In this document: positions 1-12,590 of the stretch, piece by piece | How the letters are laid out: every line of letters starts with the position of its first letter | Position numbering within the stretch: position 1 is the stretch's first letter | Assembly: GCA_002269645.1 (NCBI GenBank) | Contig: NIVC01000282.1 | Location: forward strand, 62,001-126,000 | Length of the DNA: 64,000 nucleotides | Origin: Macrostomum lignano | Lineage: Eukaryota | Reading direction: 5' to 3' | The notes under the pieces: generated by a model | What the model was told of the DNA's origin: nothing | What the model saw: only the letters and a program-made list of their open reading frames with translations | The model's database searches: none | Translations under genes and position numbers: made by a program

Positions 1-1349
1 CCAGTTGTACAGGTAAATCTGCTGAGATACTGTAGCCAGTTGTACAGGTAAATTTGCTGAGATGTAGCCAGTTGTACAGGTAAATCTGCTGAGATGCAGC
101 CAGTTGTACAGGTAAATCTGCTGAGATGCTGTAGCCAGTTGTACTGGTAAATCTGCTGAGATATTGTAGCCAGTTGTACAGGTAAATCTGCTGAGATACT
201 GTAGCCAGTTGTACAGGTAAATCTGCTGAGATACTGTAGCCAGTTGTACAGGTAAATCTGCTGAGATACTGTAGCCAGTTGTACAGGTAAATCTGCTGAG
301 ATGCAGCCAGTTGTACAGGTAAATCTGCTGAGATGCAGCCAGTTGTACAGGTAAATCTGCTGAGATGCTGTAGCCAGTTGTACAGGTAAATCTGCCGAGA
401 TGCAGCCAGTTGTACAGGTAAATCTGCTGAGATACTGTAGCCAGTTGTACAGGTAAATCTGCTGAGATGCAGCCAGTTGTACAGGTAAATCTGCTGAGAT
501 GCAGCCAGTTGTACAGGTAAATCTGCTGAGATGCTGTAGCCAGTTGTACAGGTAAATCTGCTGAGATACTGTAGCCAGTTGTACAGGTAAATCTGCTGAG
601 ATACTGTAGCCAGTTGTACAGGTAAATCTGCTGAGATGCAGCCAGTTGTACAGGTAAATCTGCTGAGATACTGTAGCCAGTTGTACAGGTAAATCTGCTG
701 AGATGCAGCCAGTTGTACAGGTAAATCTGCTGAGATACTGTAGCCAGTTGTACAGGTAAATCTGCTGAGATGCAGCCAGTTGTACAGGTAAATCTGCTGA
801 GATACTGTAGCCAGTTGTACAGGTAAATCTGCTGAGATACTGTAGCCAGTTGTACAGGTAAATCTGCTGAGATGCAGCCAGTTGTACAGGTAAATCTGCT
901 GAGATGCTGTAGCCAGTTGTACTGGTAAATCTGCTGAGATATTGTAGCCAGTTGTACAGGTAAATCTGCTGAGATACTGTAGCCAGTTGTACAGGTAAAT
1001 CTGCTGAGATACTGTAGCCAGTTGTACAGGTAAATCTGCTGAGATGCAGCCAGTTGTACAGGTAAATCTGCTGAGATGCAGCCAGTTGTACAGGTAAATC
1101 TGCTGAGATGCTGTAGCCAGTTGTACAGGTAAATCTGCCGAGATGCAGCCAGTTGTACAGGTAAATCTGCTGAGATACTGTAGCCAGTTGTACAGGTAAA
1201 TCTGCTGAGATGCAGCCAGTTGTACAGGTAAATCTGCTGAGATGCAGCCAGTTGTACAGGTAAATCTGCTGAGATGCAGCCAGTTGTACAGGTAAATCTG
1301 CTGAGATGCAGCCAGTTGTACAGGTAAATCTGCTGAGATGCAGCCAGTT
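1..1349. repeat. minisatellite, 36/39-bp unit ccagttgtacaggtaaatctgctgagat(actgt/gc)ag
   Basis: Direct reading; lies just upstream of the TAL acceptor. Confidence 0.97.
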
Positions 1350-1401
1350 TAATTTGATGACTTGACGCGTAAAGCAAATCGCAAAATGCCAAAATTTACA
1401 G

Positions 1402-2818
1402 AAATGGCTGAACCTGTTTGATGCCGACAACTCAGGCACCATCTCGATTGATGAGTACTGCGATACCCTCGGCCTCAGGCCCAACACTGAGTACATGTGA
1501 GTGCTTGGACTGGGGGGGGGGGGTCAGCCTCACAACCGTTGGAATGGAAGGAGCATGGATATCTAAGTACAAGGACGCTGTTCTCGCTGCACAGTGGGAG
1601 GGGGCAAATCCAAGGATTCTAGATGTACATTATTTTGAGAATCGGTGTTTGTCAGCGCTCATTTTGTCACCCTGAAGCACAATTATTGATTTTCATAACG
1701 GGTCACAACGTGGTGTGGGGGACAAAGCATTGGCATGTCCCCCCATAGCTTTTACGCTCGTACTGGGGGGGGGAACATGTCCCACCTGTCCTTTGAACAG
1801 GTCAAGAATCTTCTTTGACTGAGCCGAAACCACCTGAACTATACCCATCCCGCGCAGGGAAAAGGTGCAGGTCCAACGCTCCAATGCTGCACCAGCAGAC
1901 GATGACTGGATGAACGGCGTCAAGGTAATCGCAGTCGACAAAGCCCTCAACGAGGATCTGATGCGCCTGATCGTCCGGCTGGCCCGGGAGGCTCAGGCCA
2001 AGCACACCGTCGAGAAGGACATCGCCATGTACATCAAGGACCGGCTGGATGAAAAAGACCAGGCCGCTTGGCAGGTAAGATTTCTCTGAGATTTCGGCAC
2101 AGGTGCACAACTGTTATTAGAAATTACTGACTGGAAATTGGAAAGGTAGTCGGAGACCAGCCACCTCGAGCCCTACTCATGCCATCTTGTGCGTTCGTCA
2201 TTATAACAGAAGAGCAAGAAACCGTCGATTTAGTGCTTAAAAATATCGATTTTCTGTCTGGCTGCTCCAAGGGGTCCGTAGCCCCGTGGTCAAGCGCGGC
2301 GCTCTGGTGTACCAGCGGCCCAGGCTCGATTCCCAGTGCAGTCGCATAAAGTTGAGGCTAAATTGGAATCTCGGCTTGGCTCTGCTCGTGCAATTAACAC
2401 AGTGAAGTGTACATGCCTAACGATAAACAAAGTTAGGGCTGCTGTACACTCCTGTGTGAGTGTGTGCCTGTGCGTATGACTGCGTACGTATCCGCGCGCT
2501 TGTGTGCCTGCTCAGGGGAGTCGGCGGAATGGGCCGGCAGTAATGCCTCTCGCCGGTTGTGTGACATTGTCGCTTGAAGTGCAGGTCCTAAAGTATATTG
2601 TCCATCGCTCAACACGGTAACTTCTGGCAGTCTTTGTTCCTATGTATTCAATATAAAAGAATTATTGCTTTCAAGCTGGTTGATTTTCGACTCCGTTTAC
2701 TCAGGTGGTTCTCGGCCGATTCAAGTACGGCTCCTTCGTGACGCACGAGAACGGGTACATGCTGCACTTCTTTGTTGACCGCTTCGCTTTCCTCATCTGG
2801 CGCACTCCAAACTACTGA
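1402..2818 (+). CDS. EF-hand + dynein light chain domain protein (tegumental allergen-like, TAL family), 5' partial
   Basis: Exons 1402-1496, 1858-2074, 2705-2818 join with GT-AG and consistent phases (2,0). Canonical EF loop DADNSGTISIDE, then a DLC domain (EKDIAMYIKDRLDEKDQAAWQ|VVLGRFKYGSFVTHENGYMLHFFVDRFAFLIWRTP). The first exon lies upstream of the repeat at 1-1349. Confidence 0.85.
2270..2588 (+). mobile_element. tRNA-derived SINE family A, copy 1 (in TAL-like intron)
   Basis: A box tagccccgtggtc, B box ggctcgattccc; body shared with four other copies in the window. Confidence 0.8.
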
Positions 2819-3319
2819 TGGTTAGTAGTGCGAGACGCTACCCGACTATGGACAGGGCCAGTTGGGGTCGGTCTCCAGGACAGATACTGCCTTCGTTAAC
2901 CAATCCTCTACTTGAAGTAAAAATCAGGCTCATGGCAGTACTAAACTACAACAAATCATTAATGACGCTATCATTAACTAGAACTTGCCCTTGAATTTTG
3001 TTATCTGTTTATTCCAACCATTTTTATTTATAACAAGTCGTTTTTTAAAACTAATATTTTTATTAGAAGTAACTTACATGTTTAATAAAATCTTTCAATG
3101 CTTGTGCATTGTACTTGCTAACACTGTGCAGGAGATATTTTCGCTAATTAGTGTTATAAGCTAATATTTGAATATGTTCATTAAAAGTACTAATATAATA
3201 TGTTTTGAATGAAATCTTTACAAAGAAGATCAATGTTCTTACTGTGTTTACTAAAGTACAAATGTACTTGGGTCAGAGCATGGATATTGGCCGAGTGGGC
3301 TTGTCGCTATGTTTCCCTG

Positions 3320-3475
3320 ATTAGTTGGTGAATGTGCAGTCAATGAGATGGTGAATGTGCACTCATGAGTTGGTGAATGTGCACTCAATGAGTTGGTGAA
3401 TGTGCACTCAATGAGTTGGTGAATGTGCACTCAATGAGTTGGTGAATGTGCACTCAATGAGTTGGTGAATGTGAA
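3320..3475. repeat. 23-bp tandem gagttggtgaatgtgcactcaat
   Basis: Direct reading. Confidence 0.9.
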
Positions 3476-3559
3476 TGTGAAACATTATAATACTTCACCA
3501 AGATTGGACTGCAGCGTATAGTCTATGGCCAAAGTTTTTTTATTTTTTGAAGTTAGATT

Positions 3560-3892
3560 AACGGCAGAGGGACAGTGTGCACCCAGGCGCACTTTAAGCG
3601 ACATTGTCACACAACCGGCGAGAGGCATTGCTGCCCATTCCGCCGACTCCCCTGAGCAGGCACACAAGCGCGCGGATACGTACGCAGTCATACGCACAGG
3701 CACACACTCACACAGGAGTGTACAGCGCCCCTGACTTTATTTATCGTTAGGCATGTACACTTCACTGTGCCTTGGGGGTTGGCCCTCAAGGGCGTTGAGT
3801 GCACGAGCAGAGCCAAGCCGAGTCCAATTTAGCCTCAAATAAATTTGACTGCACTTGGAATCGAGCCTGGGCCGCTGGCACATCAGAGCGCC
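3560..3892 (-). mobile_element. SINE family A, copy 2 (5' end decayed)
   Basis: Reverse complement of the family A body. Confidence 0.75.
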
Positions 3893-4135
3893 TCGCTCAA
3901 CAAAGACCATAGACATCAGTAGATTAAAAAAGGCAATCAATTTTAATGCCCGCCAGCACACGCCAGATCCGAAATAGCTGGGCAGGGGCAGATGCAAGTC
4001 AGACAGATTTCAAAATCTGTCCCGCGTTGTAAAAGTTGATCAGCAAGTGCTTGACCAGTTGGCGGCGGCAGCAGACTCAGGCCAGACGGAACATCAAGGA
4101 AATCGCCGCTTTTCAGCTGTAGGCAGCCGCCAGCC

Positions 4136-4468
4136 ATGCCGCAAGCGCCTCTGAAGCAGTGCCGGCGGTCGCGTAGCCGCAGCAAGCCGCCCAACAGTTA
4201 CAACAACGCCGAGATGGAGGCCGAGCCCAATCACGACTTGACGGCCGCCAGGGATCCCGACGAGTTCAAATTCCTGCTGACCATCAGCGACCTGGTGCCG
4301 CGCAACTCGCATCATTCCAGAGCCTCTGGCAAGGTGCCCCTGGCAGCGAAGTCGTCCTGCGGCCGGGCCGCCGAGTCCACTGAGGACGATGAGTCATCGA
4401 TGGCGAACAACAACCAGGACTTCGTCGTGCTGCTGACTGGCCTTGTGCCGCACCCGCCAGAAGCCTGA
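4136..4468 (+). CDS. putative small orphan protein (110 aa)
   Basis: GC-rich non-repetitive ORF preceded by acceptor-like tttcag/ctgtag. No recognisable domain. Confidence 0.35.
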   Translation: MPQAPLKQCRRSRSRSKPPNSYNNAEMEAEPNHDLTAARDPDEFKFLLTISDLVPRNSHHSRASGKVPLAAKSSCGRAAESTEDDESSMANNNQDFVVLLTGLVPHPPEA

Positions 4469-4736
4469 CTCTGACAATGACGGTGCTCAAACCCCAGCTT
4501 TTTAAGAACAGCTGATCTTGAGCTGATTCATTGAGTTGTTTTCTGATTTTCTAATCCGTTTGTTATTTTGAATGCACAAATTTTCCTATGAATTCAATGC
4601 ATTTAAATGGCATTGGCCCCCTTTTATATTTCCAGAAAAGGAAAGTAAAAACTTGAAACAAGACTTTGCAAATGCAATGCTGAATTTGTCTGGTTTGAGT
4701 TACCTCTGGATCTTCTTTTTTTCTCTCTGACCTGGA

Positions 4737-4918
4737 TTGAGTAGGTTATTGAGTAGGTTATTGAGTAGGTTATTGAGTAGGTTATTGAGTAGGTTATTGA
4801 GTAGGTTATTGAGTAGGTTATTGAGTAGGTTATTGAGTAGGTTATTGAGTAGGTTATTGAGTAGGTTATTGAGTAGGTTATTGAGTAGGTTATTGAGTAG
4901 GTTATTGAGTAGGTTATT
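4737..4918. repeat. 12-bp tandem ttgagtaggtta
   Basis: Direct reading. Confidence 0.95.
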
Positions 4919-5550
4919 TGTGAAGGGAGCCGCAGAACTCCCAGAATTGAGTAGGTTATCTGAGGGGAGCTGCAGAACTCCCAGGATTGAGTAGGTTATC
5001 TGTGAGGGGAGCTGCAGAACTCCCTGATCAGGATTGATCTCATCTACAGAACTTATTATACTTGTACCAGGTAAGTTTCAGACTTTTCTAAGGATCCAGG
5101 AACCTGTTGAGTCAGTAAGCGAGAGTTAAAAGTCAAAGAACTGCCAGAGCAAGCTACGTGGGTGGTGAAAAAAACAGTATTTCTTGTTTCAACACACGAC
5201 TTGCATTAGCACCAATTTATCCAGCTGTGCAAAACACTTGTCCGCAGTCAAGTGGAAAGATTTGCATAACAGAGGCAAGTAATTCAGTTATTGCATATTA
5301 GATTACTGAAATAGCGAGTGAGCTGCTAGCCGAAATCCAGCACCAACTAGCTTAGAAATTTGCTTATCAAATTAGACAAGAAATATTTCTGGTAAAGTTT
5401 TGTTTAACTTCTCAAGTTAACAGTGAACAGGTATAAATATCAACATTAATGAGTTCGCACGAGGGTCGCAGTGCATTTTTGGCACTTTTGCTAAACAAAT
5501 TTTTTAACTGTTCTAGCAAGCTGTGACTACCAGCTTTGCAGCCAGACGAC

Positions 5551-8500
5551 ATGACTGCTGCAACGCTTCACACAATTGACTATGTTGTCCTGGTTGCCAA
5601 CTTCATCATCACCCTGCTGGTGGGCATCTGGGTAAGAGTCTCATTGTGTGTCCCCAGCTCATGAGTGTTGCCTCAACAAAAATCATCAGAAATACATGCA
5701 AACTTCCTGTTCTGCAGCGCTGACTTCTCCGTTCTTGAAGAAATGAATTCCTCAAGCCCTGGGTCTTCCCAGGTAACCAAAACCTGTCTTTCCCAGGTAA
5801 CCAACACCTGTCTTCCCCAGGTAACCAACACTTGTCTTCCCCAGGTAACCAACACCTGTCTTCCCCAGGTAACCAACACTTGTCTTCCCCAGGTAACCAA
5901 AACCTGTCTTCCCCAGGTAAACAACACCTGTCTTCCCCAGGTAACCAACACCTGTCTTCCCCAGGTAACCAACACCTGTCTTTCCCAGGTAACCAACACC
6001 TGTCTTCCCCAGGTAACCAACACCTGTCTTCCCCAGGTAACCAACACCTGTCTTCTCCAGGTAACCAACACCTGTCTTCGCCAGGTAAACAACACCTGTC
6101 TTCCCCAGGTAACCAACACCTGTCTTCTCCAGGTAACCAACACCTGTCTTCCCCAGGTAAACAACACCTGTCTTCCCCAGGTAAACAACACCTGTCTTCC
6201 CCAGGTAACCAACACCTGCCTTCCCCGCCCTCACCAACCCGCAGTCGGCGTGGCGCAGCGAGCGCAGTACCACGGTGGGATATTTCCTGGCGAGTGCCAG
6301 CATGACGTGGCCTCTCATCGGGTTCTCCATCTTCATGACGAACATCGGCAGCAGCGCGGTGATCGGACTGTCTGGCGCGGCCGCGGCTTCTGGCATCCCG
6401 GTGATCTGCTACGAGCTGTTCGTGAGTACCGCCTGGATGAACCGAACTTATTAAAGGCATCCATAGTTAAAAATAAACTTCAGAATTCGATTCGAATTCA
6501 ACCAAAGGGAGTGTTCGGAATCCTGATCATGGGCTACCTGTTCATGCCGCTGTTCTACGAAGCCCAGGTCTACACCAATGCCGAATATCTGCAGAAACGC
6601 TTCGGCCGCTCGCGGCTACAGATTTACATATCGGCTCAGACACTGGTGTTCCAGGTGCTGCACAAAATACCTGTGAGTGACAGGCCGCTTAGGACCAGCT
6701 GGGATATTTTTAATGACTGAGTATGGATGATTCATATTGGTAGATGACCTCATTCATTCCAGTTCAAATCTAACCACTCCAAATCCCATCTATTCTCCCC
6801 AGATCCCATCTATTCGCCCCATATCCATTCTAACCATTCCAGATCCCATCTAACCACTCCAGATCCAATCAAACCACTCCAGATCCTATCTAACCACTTC
6901 AGATCCCATCTAACCACTCCAGATCCCATCTAACCACTCCAGATCCTATCTAACCACTCCAGATCCTATCTAACCACTCCAGATCCCATCTAACCACTCC
7001 AGATCCTATCTAACCACTTCAGATCCCATCTAACCACTCCAGATCCCATCTAACCACTCCAGATCCTATCTAACCACTTCAGGTCCCATCTAAAATAAAT
7101 AAATAGAGGCAGGGGGGTTGTGTGCACCCTGGCGCACTTTAAGCGACATAGGCACACAACCGGCGAGAGGCATTACTGCCCATTCCGCCGACTCCCCTGA
7201 GCAGGCACACAAGCGCGCGGATACGTACGCAGGCACACACTCACACAGGAGTGTACAGCGCCCCTGACTTTATTTATGGTTAGGCATGTACACTTCACTG
7301 CGCCTTGGGGGGTTGGCTCTCAAGGCCGTTAATTGCACAAGCAGAGCCAAGCCGAGATTCCAATTCAGCCCCAAATTAATGTGACTGCACTTGGAATCGA
7401 GCCTGGGTCGCTGGCACACCAGAGCCTGCGCTAGACTGCTGGGCTACGGCCCCCTTGATCCCATCTAACCACTTCAGATCCCATCTACCCACTCCAGATC
7501 CCATCTAACCACTTCAGATCCCATCTACCCACTCCAGATCCCATCTACCCACTCCAGATCCTATCTAACCACTCCAAATCCCATCTAACCACTCCAAATC
7601 CCATCTAACCACTTCAGATCCCATCTACCCACTCCAGATCCTATCTAAACAATTCACATGTCGTTTATAATACGAGTACTGACGAGTTCTAAGTTTTGGT
7701 GAAAACTACTATAAGTAGCATTACCGCATCTTGCAGTCGGAAATCTACGCTGGCGGCCTGATCGCCGAGGCCATCCTGAACTGGAACCGGTTCATCGGCA
7801 TCGCCATTGTGCTGGTCATGACGGCGGTTGTCACCATAGTCGGTGGCCTCAAGACCGTGCTGGTGACGGACTTCTACCAGGGCATCATCATGGTGGTTGG
7901 CGGTGCCATCCTGGCGGGCATCGCCTACAGCCACTACCCCAGTCTGGAGCTGATGAAGACAGCCTACTCGGAGGCCATCGTGGCTAACAAAGGCGCCCTG
8001 GCCAACACCACTTGCCGCGATCCGAGTCCGTGGGCTTTCCACATTGTCCGACCCATTAGCGACCCGGATTATCCCTGGCTGGGCACCCTGTTTGGGATTT
8101 TGATAATCTGCGTGTGGTACTTCTGCGGCAACCAGGACCTCCTGCAGCGCTGCTTCTCGGGAAAGAATCTCTATTAGGTGTGCTTGGGAGTTTATTGGCT
8201 TGAGTATAGGAGCCGGAGTGAATAGATGGGATTTGTAGTGGTTAGATGGGATCTGGAATGGTTAGATGGGATCTGAAGTGGTTAGATGGGATTTGGAGTG
8301 GTTAGATGGGATCTTAAGTGGTTAGATGGGATCTAGAGTGGTTAGATTGGATCTGGAGTGGATAGATGGGATCTGGATTGGATGGATGGGATCTGAGTGG
8401 ATAGGTAAGATATGGATTGGATAGATGAGAGCTGAAGGGGATAGATGGAATCTGGAATGGATAGAAGGGATTTGTAGTGGTTAGATGGGATATGGGGAGA

Positions 8501-11500
8501 ACCGATTGGATCTAGAGTGGATAGATGGGATCTGGAGTGGATAGATGGGATCTATAGTGAATAGATGGGATCTGGAGTGGATAGATGGGAGCTGAAGTGG
8601 TTAGATGAGACCTGAGGCGAATAGATGAGATCTGGAGTGTTTAGATATGATCTAAAGTGGATAGCTGGCATCCGGAGTAGGTTAGAATTCTAGAACTATT
8701 ATGAGCCATAGTTGGGTGAGAGCAGGCTAAAATTACTCGTAAGAATGAAGAATGGACTCACCAACTACCGCAGATCAAAGCCGGCTGCGTGCTGGCAAGC
8801 TTCCTGAAGCTGACGCCGACTTTTCTGTTTCTTCTGCCCGGCTTCATTTCCCGCATCGACTTCACGGAGGAGGTGGCCTGCGTGGACCCCGACACGTGCG
8901 ACAGCTACTGCCACAACAGGGGCGGCTGCTCCAACCTGGCCTACATTGTCCTGGTGCGGCAGTACGCGCCTGTGTGTGAGTGCCCTGGAGTGAGGTGGGT
9001 TGAGGGAGTGAAGTGAGTAAGGGAGTGAGGTGGGTGAGGGAGTGAGGTGGGTGAGGGAGTGAGGTGGGTAATGGAGTGAGGTGGGTGAGGGAGTGAGGTG
9101 GGTAATGGAGTGAGGTGGGTGAGGGAGTGAGGTGGGTGAGGGAGTGAGGTGGGTGAGGGAGTGAGGTGGGTAAGGGAGTGAGGTGGGTAAGGGAGTGAGG
9201 TGGGTGAGGGAGTGAGGTGGGTAAAGGAGTGAGGTGGGTGAGGGAGTGAGGTGGGTAATGGAGTGAGGTGGGTAAGGGAGTGAGGTGGGTAAGGGAGTGA
9301 GGTGGGTGAGGGAGTGAGGTGGGTAAGGGAGTGAGGTGGGTGAGGGAGTGAGGTGGGTAAGGGAGTGAGGTGGGTGAGGGAGTGAGGTGGGTAAGGGAGT
9401 GAGGTGGGTGAGGGAGTGAGGTGGGTAAGGGAGTGAGGTGGGTAAGGGAGTGAGGTGGGTGAGGGAGTGAGGTGGGTGAGGGAGTGAGGTGGGTAAGGGA
9501 GTGAGGTGGGTAAGGGAGTGAGGTGGGTGAGGGAGTGAGGTGGGTAAGGGAGTGAGGTGGGTAAGGGAGTGAGGTGGGTGAGGGAGTGAGGTGGGTGAGG
9601 GAGTGAGGTGGGTGAGGGAGTGAGGTGAGCGAGGCAGTGACTCGGAAGTTACGCAGACGGCACTACTGAAATCCCCTATGAATCCAATAAAATGCAAGTC
9701 GTGAAGGGCCTGGTGATCGCGGCAATTCTCTCCTCCGTGATCTCCACGATGACGTCGATATTCAACAGCGGCAGCACCATCATCACAAAGGATCTGTACA
9801 TCAAAGTCAGGAAGAATGCGTCTCAAACCGAGCAACTTATTGTTGGCAGGTAAGAGAAGCAAAATTGAGTATGAATCTGTTCTATTTTCAGGAAACTTTA
9901 CCCTCCAGAAAACCTGTTTGACCCTGCAGGGTGACGGTGGGCATCTACACAGTGCTTGGTCTGGCTCTCATCCCCGCTCTAGACTCGGCTGAGGGAGGCC
10001 AGATGTTCCACTACCTGCAGGCCATCGCGTCCTTCATTGCGCCACCGATCCTGGTGCTGTACCTGCTGTCCGCGATGTGGCCCAGGATTAACGAGAAGGT
10101 GCGCTTGGACCCTAAATGGGACCTAAAGTGGATGGGATCTGGAGTGGATGGGATCTGGAGTGGATGGGATCTGGAGTGGATGGGATCTGGAGTGGATGGG
10201 ATCTGGAGTGGATGGGATCTGGAGTGGATGGGATCTGGAGTGGATGGGATCTGGAGTGGATGGGATCTGGAGTGGATGGGATCTGGAGTGGATGGGATCT
10301 GGAGTGGATGGGATCTGGAGTGGATGGGATCTGGAGTGGATGGGATCTGGAGTGGATGGGATCTGGAGTGGATGGGATCTGGAGTGGATGGGATCTGGAG
10401 TGGATGGGATCTGGAGTGGATGGGATCTGGAGTGGATGGGATCTGGAGTGGATGGGATCTGGAGTGGATGGGATCTGGAGTGGATGGGATCTGGAGTGGA
10501 TGGGATCTGGAGTGGATGGGATCTGGAGTGGATGGGATCTGGAGTGGATGGGATCTGGAGTGGATGGGATCTGGAGTGGATGGGATCTGGAGTGGATGGG
10601 ATCTGGAGTGGATGGGATCTGGAGTGGATGGGATCTGGAGTGGATGGGATCTGGAGTGGATGGGATCTGGAGTGGATGGGATCTGGAGTGGATGGGATCT
10701 GGAGTGGATGGGATCTGGAGTGGATGGGATCTGGAGTGGATGGGATCTGGAGTGGATGGGATCTGGAGTGGATGGGATCTGGAGTGGATGGGATCTGGAG
10801 TGGATGGGATCTGGAGTGGATGGGATCTGGAGTGGATGGGATCTGGAGTGGATGGGATCTGGAGTGGATGGGATCTGGAGTGGATGGGATCTGGAGTGGA
10901 TGGGATCTGGAGTGGATGGGATCTGGAGTGGATGGGATCTGGAGTGGATGGGATCTGGAGTGGATGGGATCTGGAGTGGATGGGATCTGGAGTGGATGGG
11001 ATCTGGAGTGGATGGGATCTGGAGTGGATGGGATCTGGAGTGGATGGGATCTGGAGTGGATGGGATCTGGAGTGGATGGGATCTGGAGTGGATGGGATCT
11101 GACATTACCTAAAGCTGCAGTGCCCCCACTGCCGCAGGGCGCATTCTGGGGCAGCATGGTCGGCATGGTGCTGGGCTACGCCCGCCTCGTCGTCACCTTC
11201 GTGCTGCCGGCGCCGCCGTGCGGCAAGGCGGACAGCCGGCCGGCCCTGTTCCGCGACCTGCACTACCTGCACTACAATGTGCTGCTGTTCGTGGTCACCG
11301 GTGTGGCCATCGTGGCGCTGTCCTTTGTGCTGCCCAGGGGCGAGGATGAGCAGGTGAAACAATAAGAGAGCTATGATGTCATTCCACTCCAATATCACTC
11401 AGATATCAATAGCTGTCACTCTCGTGTCTCTCTTCTACCAATCTGACACTCTAATGTCACTCTGACATCAATCTGTCACTCTAATATCACTCCGGCACCA

Positions 11501-12331
11501 ATCTGTCACTCTAATATCACTCCGACACCAATCTGTCACTCTAATATCACTCCGGCACCAATCTATCACTCTAATATCACTCCGACACCAATCTGTCACT
11601 CTAATATCACTCCGGCACCAATCTGTCACTCTAATATCACTCCGGCACCAATCTGTCACTCTAATATCACTCTGACATCAACCTGTCACTCTAATATCAC
11701 TCCGACATTAATCTGTCACTCTAATATCACTCTGACATCAACCTGTCACTCTAATATCACTCCGACATTAATCTGTCACTCTAGTATCACTCCGACACCA
11801 ATCTGTCACTCTAATATCACTCCGGCACCAATCTGTCACTCTAATATCATTCTGGAACCAATCTGTCACTCTAATATCACTCCGACATTAATCTGTCACT
11901 CTAATATCACTCCGACATTAATCTGTCACTCTAATATCACTCCGACATTAATCTGTCGCTCGCCACTCCCGCAGCTGGACGGCCTCACCTGGCCAACCCG
12001 CCACCAGCTGCCGCACTTTGGTTGGCGCCGCTCAGCCCCAGCTGAGCAGGAGGAGGCCGGGCCGGACGAGAAGACGTCAATCAGCGTGGCGGCCGTCGTC
12101 TCCGGCACCACCGTGGAGCTCAGCGGCAGCGCCAGCATCGCCAGCACCTCGACGGCGCTGACTAGCGGCGAGAAGTCAGCAGTGGACGACGTCGGCGGTA
12201 GCAACGAGAAGACGCGGCTGCGGCTGCTGGGCTGCCAAGTCGGCTTTATCGATCGGCAGCATTTTCTGCTGTTCATCCTGGCCTGCAGCTCCAGCCTGAT
12301 GTCCTCAGCCATCTTCTTCTATTTTGTTTAG
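5551..12331 (+). CDS. SLC5A: SLC5 sodium/glucose(-inositol) cotransporter-like; in-frame TAG at 8175-8177 (possible null allele, pseudogene or sequence error)
   Basis: Nine exons 5551-5631, 6245-6421, 6508-6672, 7737-8177, 8774-8975, 9699-9849, 9930-10098, 11138-11353, 11975-12331; phases consistent; about 652 codons. SGLT-type motifs GYFLA, TNIGSS, EYLQKRFG, GGLKTV..TD, PW.G, QRCFSGKN, SIFNSGST, R.NEKGAFWG, HYLHY. Confidence 0.92.
5770..6222. repeat. 24-bp tandem caggtaaccaacacctgtcttccc (SLC5 intron 1)
   Basis: Direct reading. Confidence 0.95.
6770..7650. repeat. 20-bp tandem agatcccatctaaccactcc (SLC5 intron 3)
   Basis: Direct reading; interrupted by a SINE. Confidence 0.93.
7093..7456 (-). 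mobile_element. SINE family A, copy 3, inserted in an intronic minisatellite
   Basis: Full-length reverse copy with a (ttta)n tail, interrupting the 20-bp array. Confidence 0.8.
8220..8690. repeat. 20-bp tandem ggagtggttagatgggatct (SLC5 intron 4; inverse of the intron 3 array)
   Basis: Direct reading. Confidence 0.9.
8985..9630. repeat. 17-bp G-rich tandem gggagtgaggtgggt(a/g)a (SLC5 intron 5)
   Basis: Direct reading. Confidence 0.95.
10127..11101. repeat. perfect 16-bp tandem gatgggatctggagtg (SLC5 intron 7)
   Basis: About 60 identical units. Confidence 0.97.
11420..11957. repeat. 30-bp tandem atctgtcactctaatatcactccgacacca (SLC5 intron 8)
   Basis: Direct reading. Confidence 0.95.
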
Positions 12332-12590
12332 AAGCAGTCAAGGACGTAAAAAACAGCGATATTCGCCAGCAATCATTCTTATTTATACATGGGCAATCTC
12401 TTGTTATTTTTATTATTAGAATTTTTCTTGTATTGATAGCTTGTGTCTTCATCAAGAGTTTGATTAACTTGATGCTTTTAGAAGAAGAAATGTGTGCTAA
12501 AGGTGTGTTAAACAGCAGATAGAGTAACAGGTATATAAGGCAGTTATCTAACCTCGGAAGATGTTTTTACGGGTTTGTTGCTGCTTCTTT

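Noticed and set aside
7679-7710. Second hammerhead candidate (ctgacga...gaaa)
   Set aside because: No pairing for stem II or stem I.
8175-8177. Genome-wide TAG reassignment to explain the SLC5 stop
   Set aside because: SLC5 (12329-12331) and DCAKD (40501-40503) both terminate with TAG at homologous C-termini.
9931-11365. Long ORFs of GVDGIWSGWDLEWM / SHPLQIPSTPDP repeats
   Set aside because: Translations of the 16-bp intronic array, open in several frames on both strands. The flanking SLC5 exons splice around it.
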